From: Ramazzottius varieornatus
Lineage: Eukaryota > Animalia > Tardigrada
Assembly: GCA_001949185.1 (NCBI GenBank)
Contig: BDGG01000001.1
Location: 6,485,591 to 6,549,590 of the forward strand
Direction: 5' to 3'
DNA: 64,000 nt
How positions within the stretch are numbered: the first letter of the stretch is position 1; every line of letters starts with the position of its first letter. Of the stretch, positions 40,168 to 51,750 are shown in pieces. The position numbers and the translations under genes are program-made. The notes below the pieces were generated by a model. The model ran no database searches. It was not told the origin of the DNA and worked only from the letters and a program-made list of their open reading frames with translations.

Positions 40168-43100
40168 GGTTTCGCGAACATCGCCACTTGTAAAACATCG
40201 CCACGAACATCAGATTTGCCAAATGCTTTACTGCGGCGTAAAGTTTCTAGCTCAACACAATCGTCGACCAGTGCGGAAACGAGAAAATGCTCGGGTGTTC
40301 CTTCGACAGGGAATGGAATATCCTTGTAGCCAAAAGGGTACGTCACGAAGCCCACCCCATCACTCGTCCTTTCACTGTGCAGCGTACCGACCTGTATAAC
40401 AAACAACACGGAGTTAGTCGACAACAAAGTTTTGGAGATGGAATTTCCAAGCTTCTGAAAGAGGACAAAGATAAACCATACCGTTTCATTGGCTTGGTAC
40501 GAACTTTTATATTCTTCATATCCCGGATGAAGGCTGCTGGATTTTCAGTGTCGACAGAAAACCAATCGGTGCCATCCAGCATGCCTTTGATGGTGTCGTA
40601 ATTTAGGAGGGTCTTGTTGTAGGGATTGGGTGTTATCCCTTTAGCTTTGAGCTGGGTCTCCCCATCATCCATCACCTTGATGTACGTTTTCCTGCCGAGA
40701 GCGGCAAACTTTAGGCAGCGTTTACCCTTGTTTTCGCTCGACAGCTGACCCAGGTACTCGCCGCGTGGCAGTGGGGACTCGTCGGCTTCCCGAACGTAGA
40801 GGGCAGAATCCGTATCGCAGTACATTAGCTTCCCAGGCTGGATTTCCCACAAGCACTCCCTCAGTAATTTGAGTCTAGCCATCTCCGTGGTACGGATTCC
40901 GATATAGATGTTTGTCTTGACGTTCTGTCGAGCAACTTCTTTCGATTCTTGGTAGATCACTTCCGCGACCTGGTTGGTGACGAACAGAACGCTTTCCGGC
41001 TGGTAGTTGTTGCCAACCATCAGTTCCAAGCAGCGGCTGTATCTTTGGCAATACTCGGCCTGGTCGTAGTCGTCGCGCATGACGAACCTAGAAAGCAGAG
41101 ATGAAGAGCATACTGGTCCAACAAATTATTTATCAGAAGTGCGTTGCTAGAAAATTTCAGTAGTGCACTGATGGTACTTCGCTAAAATAAATGGCCGACA
41201 ATAAGGGGCCGTTTTCAGGGCGGCTGACATGAGATGTATTTTAAATGTCATAGTATCTCATTACCTTCCCCACAGAAGATTTATGGCAATCTTGGCACAG
41301 AACCGCTTGCCCGGATTCTCCTCCACCTCGTGGGGCGAAATGGTAATGTCCAGAAAGTCGTGCCATCTATTGCAATAGCGCTGTTTGTCCGCCTGGGTCT
41401 CCACGCCAGCCGGAAATCCGCTGGCCACAATCTTGTCCTTTGCAAAAGTGCGAACCGCTCCGTCAAAAAGTCCTCGCTGACCTGTAAGACAATAGTACTG
41501 TTAAAACTGGATGGTAGGGCGAGCACTTCTATTCTGGATATGCATCATGCGAATAAAAGCAGTAACAGAATTCTTAAAGCTGCTGAAACTGGATAGTCAA
41601 TGCAAAGCGAGTGTCTACAGTAGCTGTGAAAAGTTTGACAATGAGATTACCTGTTTGGCGGTTGAATTGAATCGTCTTCTCGAAATGATGAAGTTCGTAA
41701 ACCGTGACGATCGTGTAGCGTGCGTCCTTCACTGCCACTTGAACCTCTTCGCAGCCCCACATCCCTGTGAGAGCTCGCTCGTCGTCATTGTGCGAACATG
41801 GTGTGTTCAGGTTCCTGACGAGAACACACGTGCGACACAAAGTGTAGACGATGGAGTTGGACGGCAAACGGTACGGCAGTGGTGGAACGTAACAGTTCTG
41901 ACTTGGAAGTATGATGCAGTGTACCACGCCGAACCAGTTTTCAACTGGAGGAAAATTGCAGTAGAATACCTTTGGGTGGCCATGCCCATAAGCACCTTCC
42001 AGGTTGACGCTCGGGTACAGCGACTGGTAATCGTCATGCTCCATCGTGTCTCCGCTGTCCAGACTCACTTCTTTCTTCAAGTAAAAGACTTCCACTCTTC
42101 CACCGAACAGAGCTGTGCGTGGATCAGCGCGAGGGACGAACGCAATGTTCCGTAGAACTTCCTCGCTTCCATTCACACTCCCACATGACGACGTATCGCT
42201 TGACAGAAGGATGAGTTCCAGTTACGTAAAAAATCTAATCCAGCGATTGAATTATCTTTGGTTACCTGTATATCCACCGCATGTGCCGCAGCATACCAAG
42301 CCAAATATTCCAGCCTCACTTTGGAATGAAAACCGCGTCCTCCATATCCTTCAAGTGGAACGATGCCGATTGTGTTCTCTGGAAGAAACTTGGCTTGCAA
42401 AGCTGTGATGGCTGCCGACGCCATAGTGGGGAACTCGAAACAGTCGAGCTCGTCACACTTTTCGGCAAAGTTTCTGCGAAAGATGTTAAGGCACCTGGCA
42501 AGCACACGTGTATCTTGTTGGCAGTACTTTATGATTTCTGTCCGGGAATGCCACACCACGTTGCTCTGCACCTGTTCTTCGTACCAGGCGTCAAACGCCT
42601 TCTTTTCATTATCGTGAAGCTGGCTATAACCGAAATAATGCCGCTCGGGAATCCTGCCCGAGTACTCTTGATTTTCCAGAGTGTTAAAGAGGTGGGGGAA
42701 GTATCCTTCTCGCTCCTCCTGTGGGAGTTTGAAGTCATCCCCCAGGAGTTTTAGGGCACGAGGCAGAAAGCTGAAGGAGTCGATGAAGCGCACTCCGATG
42801 CCTCGAATCGAGAGCATGATGAGGGACGAACCGTTCTGCATTTTGTCACAGAAATGATTTTGGCTTTCCAAAGCCTGGACAATGTATAGTGAGTCGTACC
42901 TATAAGAGATCATATTGTAAAATTAATTTACAACTTGTTACAATGTAGTCTCTTACCGACTGGCATTGTGCGCCAAAAGGTGCAGTTGGTGCAGTTCTCA
43001 AAGACCCAGTCAAGAAACTGCATGTGGCACTCTACTCCATAGAAGGTCTCCGTGATAGTAGGGTCCTCGTGACAGATGAAGTCGAGGCAGTTGGGACTGT

Positions 43101-43648
43101 GCATTCCGGTAGCAAGATCGAGCATACATTCAAAATCGTAAGCAAACGTTCGTTGATCGTGACGTCCTTGAAAGAAGAAAAAACCATAACGAAATTAAAC
43201 GGGATGGAATCAAATTGACACAGACCAGCAGGAAGGTTTTAGAAATTTATTAGGACATCTACCGAGCAGGCATTTTTTACCTCGCTTTCTAGCTGCTGGT
43301 GGTTGAGCCTGGCCATCTGGTAAGAAGTCTTCAGCTTCGAAAACCTAATCTTCCACTCCGTGCTCTTCTCCTACGGCATGGCTCTTCTTGCTTGTTGCCA
43401 CCAAGGTTCTTTTCGGAATGGCAGCACTGCCGGTCTCCATATAGCACTGATGACCATGAGATACGAACTGCTTGCACACCGAGCAATATTGAGCATCGCA
43501 GTCGTATGGGTCGGATCTTGGACGTCCGGGAGCTCTGAAAAACTGTAGCAATCTGCACATCGCTCGTAAGCATGGCAAATTGATTTGGCTTCCTTCTTTG
43601 CGCCGCATCGAACGATGCACCTGAGGTGGTTTTGGAAGCAGTCTTCAG

Positions 43649-46509
43649 CAGGGATGAGCAGTTTTGGAGCGGCGTAGCGTTTTGGTGGTCGCTATTCGCT
43701 TCGCTTTTTAGCGAAACTATAGCGGACGGAGCTCTGGCCAAAACTGGACGTAACGAAGCGGAATCCGTAGAAAACTACGAAAGCGGAAAAACGACCAAAG
43801 CGGAGCGGAAAGCCGAATTCAGCTATGGTAAATGTAAAAAGTCACAGTTTTTTCAGAGTTGAATGAGTGATTATCGTTCCAAATGCATATAGTTCTTAAA
43901 GGACAACCACCCATGTAAACCTTCGAGTGAGAGATGACTAAGCGATTGCAAAATCAAGCACACCATACGGCACAAGTTGTCGCAAGAGGGCGACTAATCT
44001 CTTAACTTTAGTTGTCTAACGCATCTTCTGATGAAATCTTGACTTTCGCTCTTCCATGAAAACTTGTACCATCGGCTGTGCGAAGTGTACAAGAGGTTTG
44101 GTTGATTTTCGAGAGAACTGCTGAAGGATGGCCGCTACGGAGATTGTCATCGACGAAGATGACGATGTGGAAGCGTCGGAAGCATCGAGTGGAGACCGCG
44201 ACCGGAAGGCGACAGAATTCTACTCCACCTTTTTCTCGTCGTTAGCTACCGCCAGAGAATCGAAGAATAGCAAGAGCTACGTAGTTCATTCCGGAACTGT
44301 CGTCTGTGCCCGAAGGAAAAGAAGATTGAGAAGAAGATATCATCCCGGGACGGCTGCAGTAACTTCAAAAGCCATGTGTTGACTTTCCACAACAAAAACC
44401 AGGTAATGATCCCCTCTCCGGAACTTTAACAGCCATCATATTTACCCGGATAGATGGGATTGAATTCCCGTAAGCTTGTTTTCGATTTTTACGCTTCGAC
44501 CTGCGCAGTACGTCAATATCAAAGCTGCGCTAGTCAGACTGTTGGACAAAGCGGACGCAGTGGCGATTAACATCGACATTTGGAGCAGTAAACGTCAGCG
44601 TGGGTACCTCGGCATCAGTGTCCATTTCATCGACGAGAAGTTCCGCTTGCGCAATTTCCTTCTCGCCTGTCCTCGCTTCAAAGGCGCACACACAGCTGAC
44701 GCGATACTCAACTTGACAGTGGAGGTGATTGCGGATTACGGTCTGCAAAGTAAGATCTTCTACGTGGGTACGGACAATGGAAGCAATATCATTTGCGCAT
44801 CCAAAGACTGGTTTCCGCAGTTCTATGAATTCAACAGCCCTGCCGATAGCTCAGGTACCGCCATGTAAACTTCCCTACAGTTTAGTCACTTGTCTGACTG
44901 GAAAAGTATCTTGCATTTACTCGTGGTTTGTTGCAGATGATGACTCGCTTCAACAAGAAAGCCATCAGGAAGATATTCAAGAACTCGAAGAAGCGGCTGC
45001 CGATAACGAAGAGTTCGATCCCGTCGATCCTGAGGAACTCGACGTGGACAACAACTTGGCTAATGAAGTAGCAGAACTTCTCCTCCGAAAATATTGTTTA
45101 CTTCCCGAAAGAAAAATTCTGGTGCGATACTTTTTCCGAGCTTCACGAAACTTTTTAAATATTTCTGCTCGGTTGGGTTACCATTTGTATCATTTGGTTT
45201 TCTTGTAGGTTCGATGTGTGGCACATTCACTTCAGCTAGTGGTCAAAAAGCCCGTGAAAAAGTGTGCAGTGGTCAACAAAGCGGTAGAAGCGCTGGCGTC
45301 AGTTGTTTCGAGCATTCGGCATTCCGTGAGCATGACAGAAGCTGTGAAGAAAGAGTTCGAAGGAGCCTTGAAAGCGCGTTGTGCCACTCGCTGGAACAGC
45401 AACTTCATCATGGCCGAGCACGCGTTGCAGATGGACTGGGACAAAGTGGGTCTTGAGAAGAAGTACCGTCTTTCTCCTGATTACGAAATCATTTTCAAAC
45501 AGTTCGTTACAATAACTGCGCCATTTCAAACGGCCTTTCTGAAATTACAACGTGATAGCATACCGGCCATCTGTCAGGTCTTGCTTATTTTGTACGGTCT
45601 TCGGGTGCATTTGCACAGTTTAGTGGCTGCTGGAGAGTACCCGTTGCTAGAAGCCTTCACTTTGGAGCTACTTGGACTTCTCGAAGAACGGTTTGACAAA
45701 CTGGAGGAAGATGACTTGTACTTGGCGGCTACGTTTTTGCAGAGGATCAAAGAGAGCTGTCGAAACCGAAAAAAGAACCCGGGAGATCATTCTGCGTATG
45801 ATGCGAGAAGTGAAGTTAGCAGGACCTTGCGATACCACTCCTCTCGCAAGCAGTAGCAGAAGGTATGCTTTGATTTTCAAATATTAAAAAAATAGATAAA
45901 TATATCACTACGAGATAATACCGAAATTTGCGTATATTCACTAGGCTGGTTTGTTCTTTCAGTGCGTCGAAGAAAGCCGAAGGAGCATCGGAATTGTTCA
46001 GCTTTATGGAAGACGAAGTCCCTCTGACCAAGACCAAGCAGAGTCCAGCGATTACGGTTGAAGCAGAATACGAGCTCTATCTGAACAACGACTGGAGCGG
46101 CGAGAACCCTTTGAACTTCTACCGGATGAAAGGAACGCAAGATATTTTCAAGAGGATGTGTGTGATAGCTAAGCAAATTTTATGTGCGCCTGCGACTACC
46201 GCTGGTATCGAGCGAATTTTCAGTATTTCGGGGAGAATTCTTAATGAGATTAGACTTCGTACCAATGATCTGAATTTCGAGAGACTATTATTTTGTAATG
46301 TCAATCAAGACCTTCTTGATCTAATCGCGAACAGCAAGCCTGCTGCAAAATGTTTCCAGTAAAAATTAATATTTTCAAAAATATTTCTATAACGGTCCAT
46401 AGCGGAAAGCGACCTTCGAAAATTCACAGCGAAACTACAGCGGGAAGTAAGATCGAAGCAAAGCGGTACCGAAGCGAAATGTTCCAGTTCTCATAACTGC
46501 TCATCCCTG
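43649..46509 (+). mobile_element. hAT transposon nested in the pPolB gene (2861 bp)
   Basis: Perfect 15-bp TIR CAGGGATGAGCAGTT; 8-bp TSD GTCTTCAG at 43641-43648 and 46510-46517. Removing it restores the pPolB frame (TCKDCRKKVSAED|CFQNHL). Confidence 0.95.
44128..46362 (+). pseudogene. hAT transposase, spliced and decayed
   Basis: IDIWSS, GTDNGSN, RCVAHSLQL (CxxH), TRWNS and PATTAGIERIFS motifs spread over several exons and frames. Confidence 0.85.
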
Positions 46510-47825
46510 GTCTTCAGCAGAAACCTTTTTCCGACAGTCTTTGCAGGTGATTGTGCACGGCTGAGGGTTTTGTCTGGACGAACACTCAAATTGGTGGCAT
46601 CTAGTGCAGGCTCTGGCGCACGCATGCTGGGCTGGGTTGTTGACGAACTCGAAGCACACTGCAATACACCGGTATAAAACTCGTAAATGTAGGGCTGTTA
46701 AACTATTTCGAATTTATGGATGTAACGCAGGCCGCTCTAATTTTCATGGACGCAAATCAGGTTGCGTCCACTAAAATTTTCATGGTACCCAGGGTCTGAC
46801 CGAGCGTAAAGATCATGGACGCAAATCAAGTTGCATCCACCAAAATTTACACGGTACCCAGGTTTGACCAAACATTGCAATATTGAATAATGCATTAAGG
46901 GTAGTTTTCAATTTGCTGGAAACGTTAGTTTACGTACCTCCACATCGAGCATCCTTGCCGACAATACGGTGCGGCTTTGTAACCGCATCAAAGTGCCCAG
47001 CCTCGTACAAGATTGCTGCTAGCTTGGGGAAGTGCGGACTGTCATTCATTGGAGCTCTCTTGGCGTTAGCATTAAACGCCAGCAGCTGGATCCCACGTTT
47101 GGCTAGTAGTTTCTGGAAGAGCTCGCTCTGTGGAAGACCACACGGACCAAAGGGAACACCCGCATCGAGATGAAGCGGTCTGGCGCGCTCGCATTGTAAC
47201 TTCATTCTCGAGTCCCGAACTGCGTGGTATTCTGCCGGCGTGTCCTCCATCTTCGAAAGGCTCACGACTATCGAACGAGCGCAACACAGATTATTGTCTG
47301 GATCCCACGTGCTAGGTTGGATGGACACGATCGCATGCGACAGGCTCTTTCGCTCTGCTGATCTGAACTGCTGCGGAGCATTTACCCGAGAAGCCGACCC
47401 TGAACCTTCCGGGTTCCTGAACAAGGTCAAGTTCACAACCATTTCTCCATCAAACATCCAAAACTTTCTCCACTTCGGAGGAGGCTTTCGATAAAGTTTA
47501 ACAGTCCCCGTGCGCTGAACTGCCGTCCGTAGATTAAAGGCATTGATACGGATGAGTTCAGCATTTGAGGATGTTTGAACACAAGTCGCAAACGATCATT
47601 GACGCAGATTTGGAATTTCGTAATCATGTCGTTCAAGAACTGAGCAAAAACTTGCTCCAGAACAAAATCGTAGTCGGCGAGGCTTACAATTTATATTATT
47701 ATATTATAGTCGGAGACCAAAGCGAGCTTCACTCGTATTAAATTACTCATAATGGTTAATAGTAAAAGGCTGAATAACTCGATAATAAGAATGGCGAGTA
47801 AGAGCAAAAACAAATGGACGCGCCA

Positions 47826-48600
47826 TTACTTCTTCGTCCTCTTGGCCGTAATCTTGACTTCCGCTGTCTCGCTGTCGAATCCGTTCTTGCGCTTCGGTTC
47901 AACTGTGCGCATGAGTCGCGGACCAGACAACTCAAACTCGTCCACCAACCTGAAGACAAGAAGTTACAAGTTAGCTCACAGTACGTTGGTAAAAGAAATT
48001 GGAGCGCGTAGCTAATATCGAAATGGAATGGAGTCACACTCACTTCTTATCCCCTATGGCATTAGCATTGGCGGTAGTGGCGAAGGCTGCGGCTTGCTGG
48101 TATTGGGCCTGAAAGACATTGTATAGTTTGAACACGCCATTCTATATTATGGTTGAAACCCAAATTTTCACTGTCCAAAGACTTAAGCGTCTTACGGGCT
48201 GATGTTCTCGATTTTAAGCGGTTCTTTCTTGATTTCGATCAGCATATCGGTCTTCTTGTTCCGCTGGTCTTCCTCGCGACTGCAGAAAAGAAATCGAAAG
48301 CATTAACCGAATGGTAAAAATTTACCTAATTTCGATCTGAGGCGTACTTTTCTGTGTCCCAGTGATGGACCACTTCGGCGAAGTCGCGCCTTGAATCGAG
48401 CGGCATCGTAGTCGCTGAGCGTTGGAGACGGCGTCCGTGGTGTCGGGATTTTCAGCAAGTCCACCCAGTCCTGCTTCTGCGTGTTGTAGATTGGGGGAAG
48501 GATCGGCGGGGCCGGGAACCCCTGCCCATGCTGTTGAATGAACCCCTGGGTTTGGTTGTATGTTTGCACCACTTGACCTCCAACACATGGCGGTTCACGT
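47826..48600 (-). other. Spliced ORF of unknown function immediately upstream of pPolB
   Basis: Canonical GT-AG introns near 48280-48325, 48110-48194 and 47950-48043 (GTGAGT..CTAAC..TCAG). Last exon LVDEFELSG..KRTKK* ends in TAATG with the pPolB ATG. Frames are not fully consistent. Confidence 0.45.
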
Positions 48601-49656
48601 TTATCATTTCCCGGCTGTTGATTAAATGTCTGTTGTGTAGGCCGGTAATTGACCTGCTGCAGCTGCTGGGTAAAATTTCGCTGTTGTGGCTGATTGAACC
48701 CCTGCTGCTAATTGAAAAAGTCACGTTCCCGATTATCGGACTCATGATACAGTGGGGGAGGACGATTGACCATACGAGGCGCACTAAAGCCCGGCTGGAT
48801 GTCACTAAAAGGCTCACCGGCCTGCTGGTTTTGTTTACACGGATTTGGAAAAGCACAACGGATGGTTCGTCGGTAACGAGGAAGGAGAAATCTGGCAAAA
48901 TAAGATGCGAGGAGCTTGGAAAAATAAGCGGTAATAGAGCTTGCAGCGATCACGTAAGAAACCGTACACTTCGTTTACTTCGACAAGGCTGGAAATCCGA
49001 ACTTTGACTGAAACTTTCAAAGCAACGACAGACATGCCAGAAAATCAAACTGATATGAAACATTCCAGAGTTGGAGCTCTTTTATATGAATGCTTGACTC
49101 GGGAAGGTGGGTGTGATCGATTTCGAGTGTTGACTACTTGAAATGTTCCATCTTTGTTTTACTACGCTGTCGGGGTGGTGCTTTTATTCCATCCTTCTGC
49201 CGATCATATTCCAGCTCAGGTCATGAACCTGTTGATGAACTTGTTCTCACAGAAATTACGACCTGTCGACTCATTGTCATAACGCTCACGACAGGTGATT
49301 CGACACCGCCCATAGGTCATGAACCTGTTAATGATCTTGTTTGCACAGAAATCTCAGCCTGTCATCCCATCGGCACAAAGGCTCACAGCAACTGACCAGA
49401 CTTTTGTCACTTGTTATCACTCCACGGTAAATTATCCGGCAATTGACACGTTTCGTTTCACATGAATTCTCAGTGTTCACCGTTTCAACAAAAGAATGCT
49501 AAAAGTACATAAATTTCTCAAGTAAAATCCACATCAAACGTCAGAAGCATCTGTAAACAAAAGCGAAAGAGAAATCTGAAGGACTGTACAGATCTGTCTG
49601 GGAAAGAAGATACCAAAAACTTCTACAATACATGAGTAAACGTCCGGGTCAGCACA

Positions 49657-50500
49657 CTATTCCGACTCAATCGAGTCAGTCTTGTCAATGCGCGACGCGT
49701 AAACAGCATTCGGGTGAACGAGACTACGGGGACCGTAAAATTCCAGTGGCTGGTCCTTGCGAAACTTTGGACAAGCGAAGTACACTGCACCGACAAAAGC
49801 CGCAACAAAGATCACGCTTGCCACAACTCCCACTGCCACATACACTGCGACCTTCCACGTTGGATCTAAAATTACAAAAATCCAAATCGACAATATTTAG
49901 AAACGTTTGAGAAAACGAAAAACACCTTGAGGATCTTCGGAGGCTTAGCTGACATTATCCACACCGCTTTCATTGATGTATGGAAATATGGCATTAGTCT
50001 TGATGGAGGTGGTTGAGCGAGTTGTTGGTGCGGCGGTTGTAGTTTGAGCGACGTTGGTGCTACTGTACAAGCATCCTCCTGGACTTCGTAGCTTCGCCAG
50101 ATGCGCTGGTGCTCTGCACTGCAACTGAAAGCGTCTGATACGGGCTAGATCATAAACCGCTTTTTCCACCATTTCGTGAGTCTTTGCCTGTCGATTTTCC
50201 CCCATAGGCTAGTTTCTCAGTCACAGTCCACAAAGGGATGTTACGGTTGCACACAGAGGCTTCTCTACCACTGCATCCGCTTGTGCATTGACACCGCTTG
50301 GAACAAAGAACGCGTCTTTACGGCAGGTCTTGACAGAATGCGAGACGTTACCTTCACAGGACCAGGAACAGCTGGGTTTACAGCAATCCTAATCCCAAAT
50401 GGCCCTACCTTCCAGAGTAACTTCAGTAGACCCTCTTTGAATTCCTTGTCCAGAGGTCGGTTGGTTATTCATCGCTGAATCTGCCTCAACGGCGTTCGTT
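49657..50500 (-). pseudogene. GH45 endoglucanase-like ectodomain, Thr-rich stalk and transmembrane helix (probable 5' half of the RTK pseudogene)
   Basis: W-D-*-DCCKPSCSW...SHSVKTC at ~50400-50325; after a frameshift SGCSGREASVCNRNIPLWTVTEKLAYG; then TTTAAPTTRSTTS; next exon carries TM VAVYVAVGVVASVIFVAAFVGAVYFA followed by basic KFRK. Confidence 0.7.
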
Positions 50501-51553
50501 CTAGACAAGGACGTATTGGGGTTGGCAGAACGCTATCGCAAACTTTGCAGATCGGCAATTTTTTTCTAGGATACTGCTCAAAATTGCAGATCCGCAATAA
50601 ATTTTGTCGAAAAGTCGGAAAATTGCAGATCTGCAATATCTTTCTCGCTGAATTTCCTGAAATCGCTGGAAGCAATTTCGGTGATATTCGAGTAATATTT
50701 ATTGGTGCTGTTGAACCGATAATTTGACGAGGAAGTCTGATGTGGACTTACTCAGAATAAGCATATGGTTCGGTACCCTGAATTTCGGAAGCTGAGAGGT
50801 GACAGATGGGTATTTTGATGGATACAAACGTATACAAAATCAAATACATGGCAAAAAGCTAGGAGAAATTGAGAACAAAAACCGGTATCTGTACACAGAA
50901 AATAAAAACGGCGATGTCGCTAGGACGTCCCACCTGTACAGTCACTGTACTTCGCTCAATAGCTTGCTGCAAATTCAGCTCTGTCACCCCTTCAAAGTCA
51001 GCTTGGAACCACCCGGGTCTCTTGTAATTTAAAAAAAAACAGCTTCTCCGGAATTGCAGATGTGCAATTTTCTCAAAGTTCGTCTTAAAAAATTGCAGAT
51101 CCGCAATTTCTAAACGTAGTGACTCGGTGCACGGCCTGCCACTGCCTTTTCTCCGTGCACTGCACGCGACTCTCCCTTTTACTAGGTGCAGTGCTTTTAC
51201 ACTGCTTTTTGGCCAGGTGCACGGCCTGGATACGACCTTCACAACATAGTGATTTTGAACGTTGTCGGCCCACGGAAGCAGGTATTTTTTTACGGACTGG
51301 CGCCGTGCTGAAAGTGATAGGTAAACAGCGAGAGTATATTGAGGAGGTGTTGGAGCAGAGAGCCGCTCCGACTAAGGTTTTGTGGGGTGGTCTCCTTCGT
51401 ATAAAATATGGCGAACCCGAACTAAGTCCAAAGGACAATTAAGTTACAGCGCTACTTCACTTCCGAGCTCTGGGAAGTGTGTCGTCTTTTACACTAGGCA
51501 CGTCCAAGACTTTTGCTGATTTGCGCTCAAAAATTGACAACGACGTCCTGTAA

Positions 51554-51711
51554 GGGAGCATTCATTAATAACGTCAGGTTTTGATATTAGGAAGCCTAAC
51601 CATCCCCCCTCCCATGTCAGGCAGTTCAAGCAATCAACTGGCTTTTATAACACTGTTGTCGGGTACCCATCATCCCTCCCTGGGTGCCTGACGTCATTAA
51701 TGAATGCTCCC
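51554..51711. mobile_element. PIF/Harbinger (Tourist-like) MITE, 158 bp
   Basis: TIR GGGAGCATTCATTAAT(A/G)ACGTCAGG with 1 mismatch; TAA duplication at 51551-51553 and 51712-51714. Confidence 0.8.
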
Positions 51712-51750
51712 TAAATTGTCAAGGAAAAACTGCCATGTGAACGCCACTAC

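Larger units (their letters stand above)
40164..47826 (-). pseudogene. Protein-primed family B DNA polymerase (pPolB) with OTU-like and Cys-rich N-terminal regions; intron-containing, interrupted by a hAT element
   Basis: After splicing: OTU-like DNNLCCARSIV..GHFD, Cys-rich region, ExoI YDFE, ExoII AHNASR|YD, ExoIII YCQQD, motif A DYQSLYPS, motif B KIAINLLWGR|F, motif C YCDTDS, C-terminal TYPFGY. Introns 46659-46937, 43167-43280, 42900-42956, 41482-41650, 41088-41264, 40392-40481, and tentatively 42199-42265. Start inferred at ATG 47826. Confidence 0.9.
33598..49450. mobile_element. Polinton/Maverick (adintovirus-like) endogenous dsDNA virus, decayed; boundaries approximate
   Basis: Full hallmark gene set in two convergent blocks: + strand integrase, minor capsid, basic core protein, major capsid, adenain-like protease; - strand pPolB, packaging ATPase and two conserved small ORFs. 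Ends inferred from where RTK sequence stops and resumes; no convincing TIR pair or 6-bp TSD seen. Confidence 0.9.

Noticed and set aside
33598-49450. Contaminating free virus or bacterial prophage
   Set aside because: Genes are decayed, contain spliceosomal introns and a nested host hAT, and are flanked by host gene fragments.
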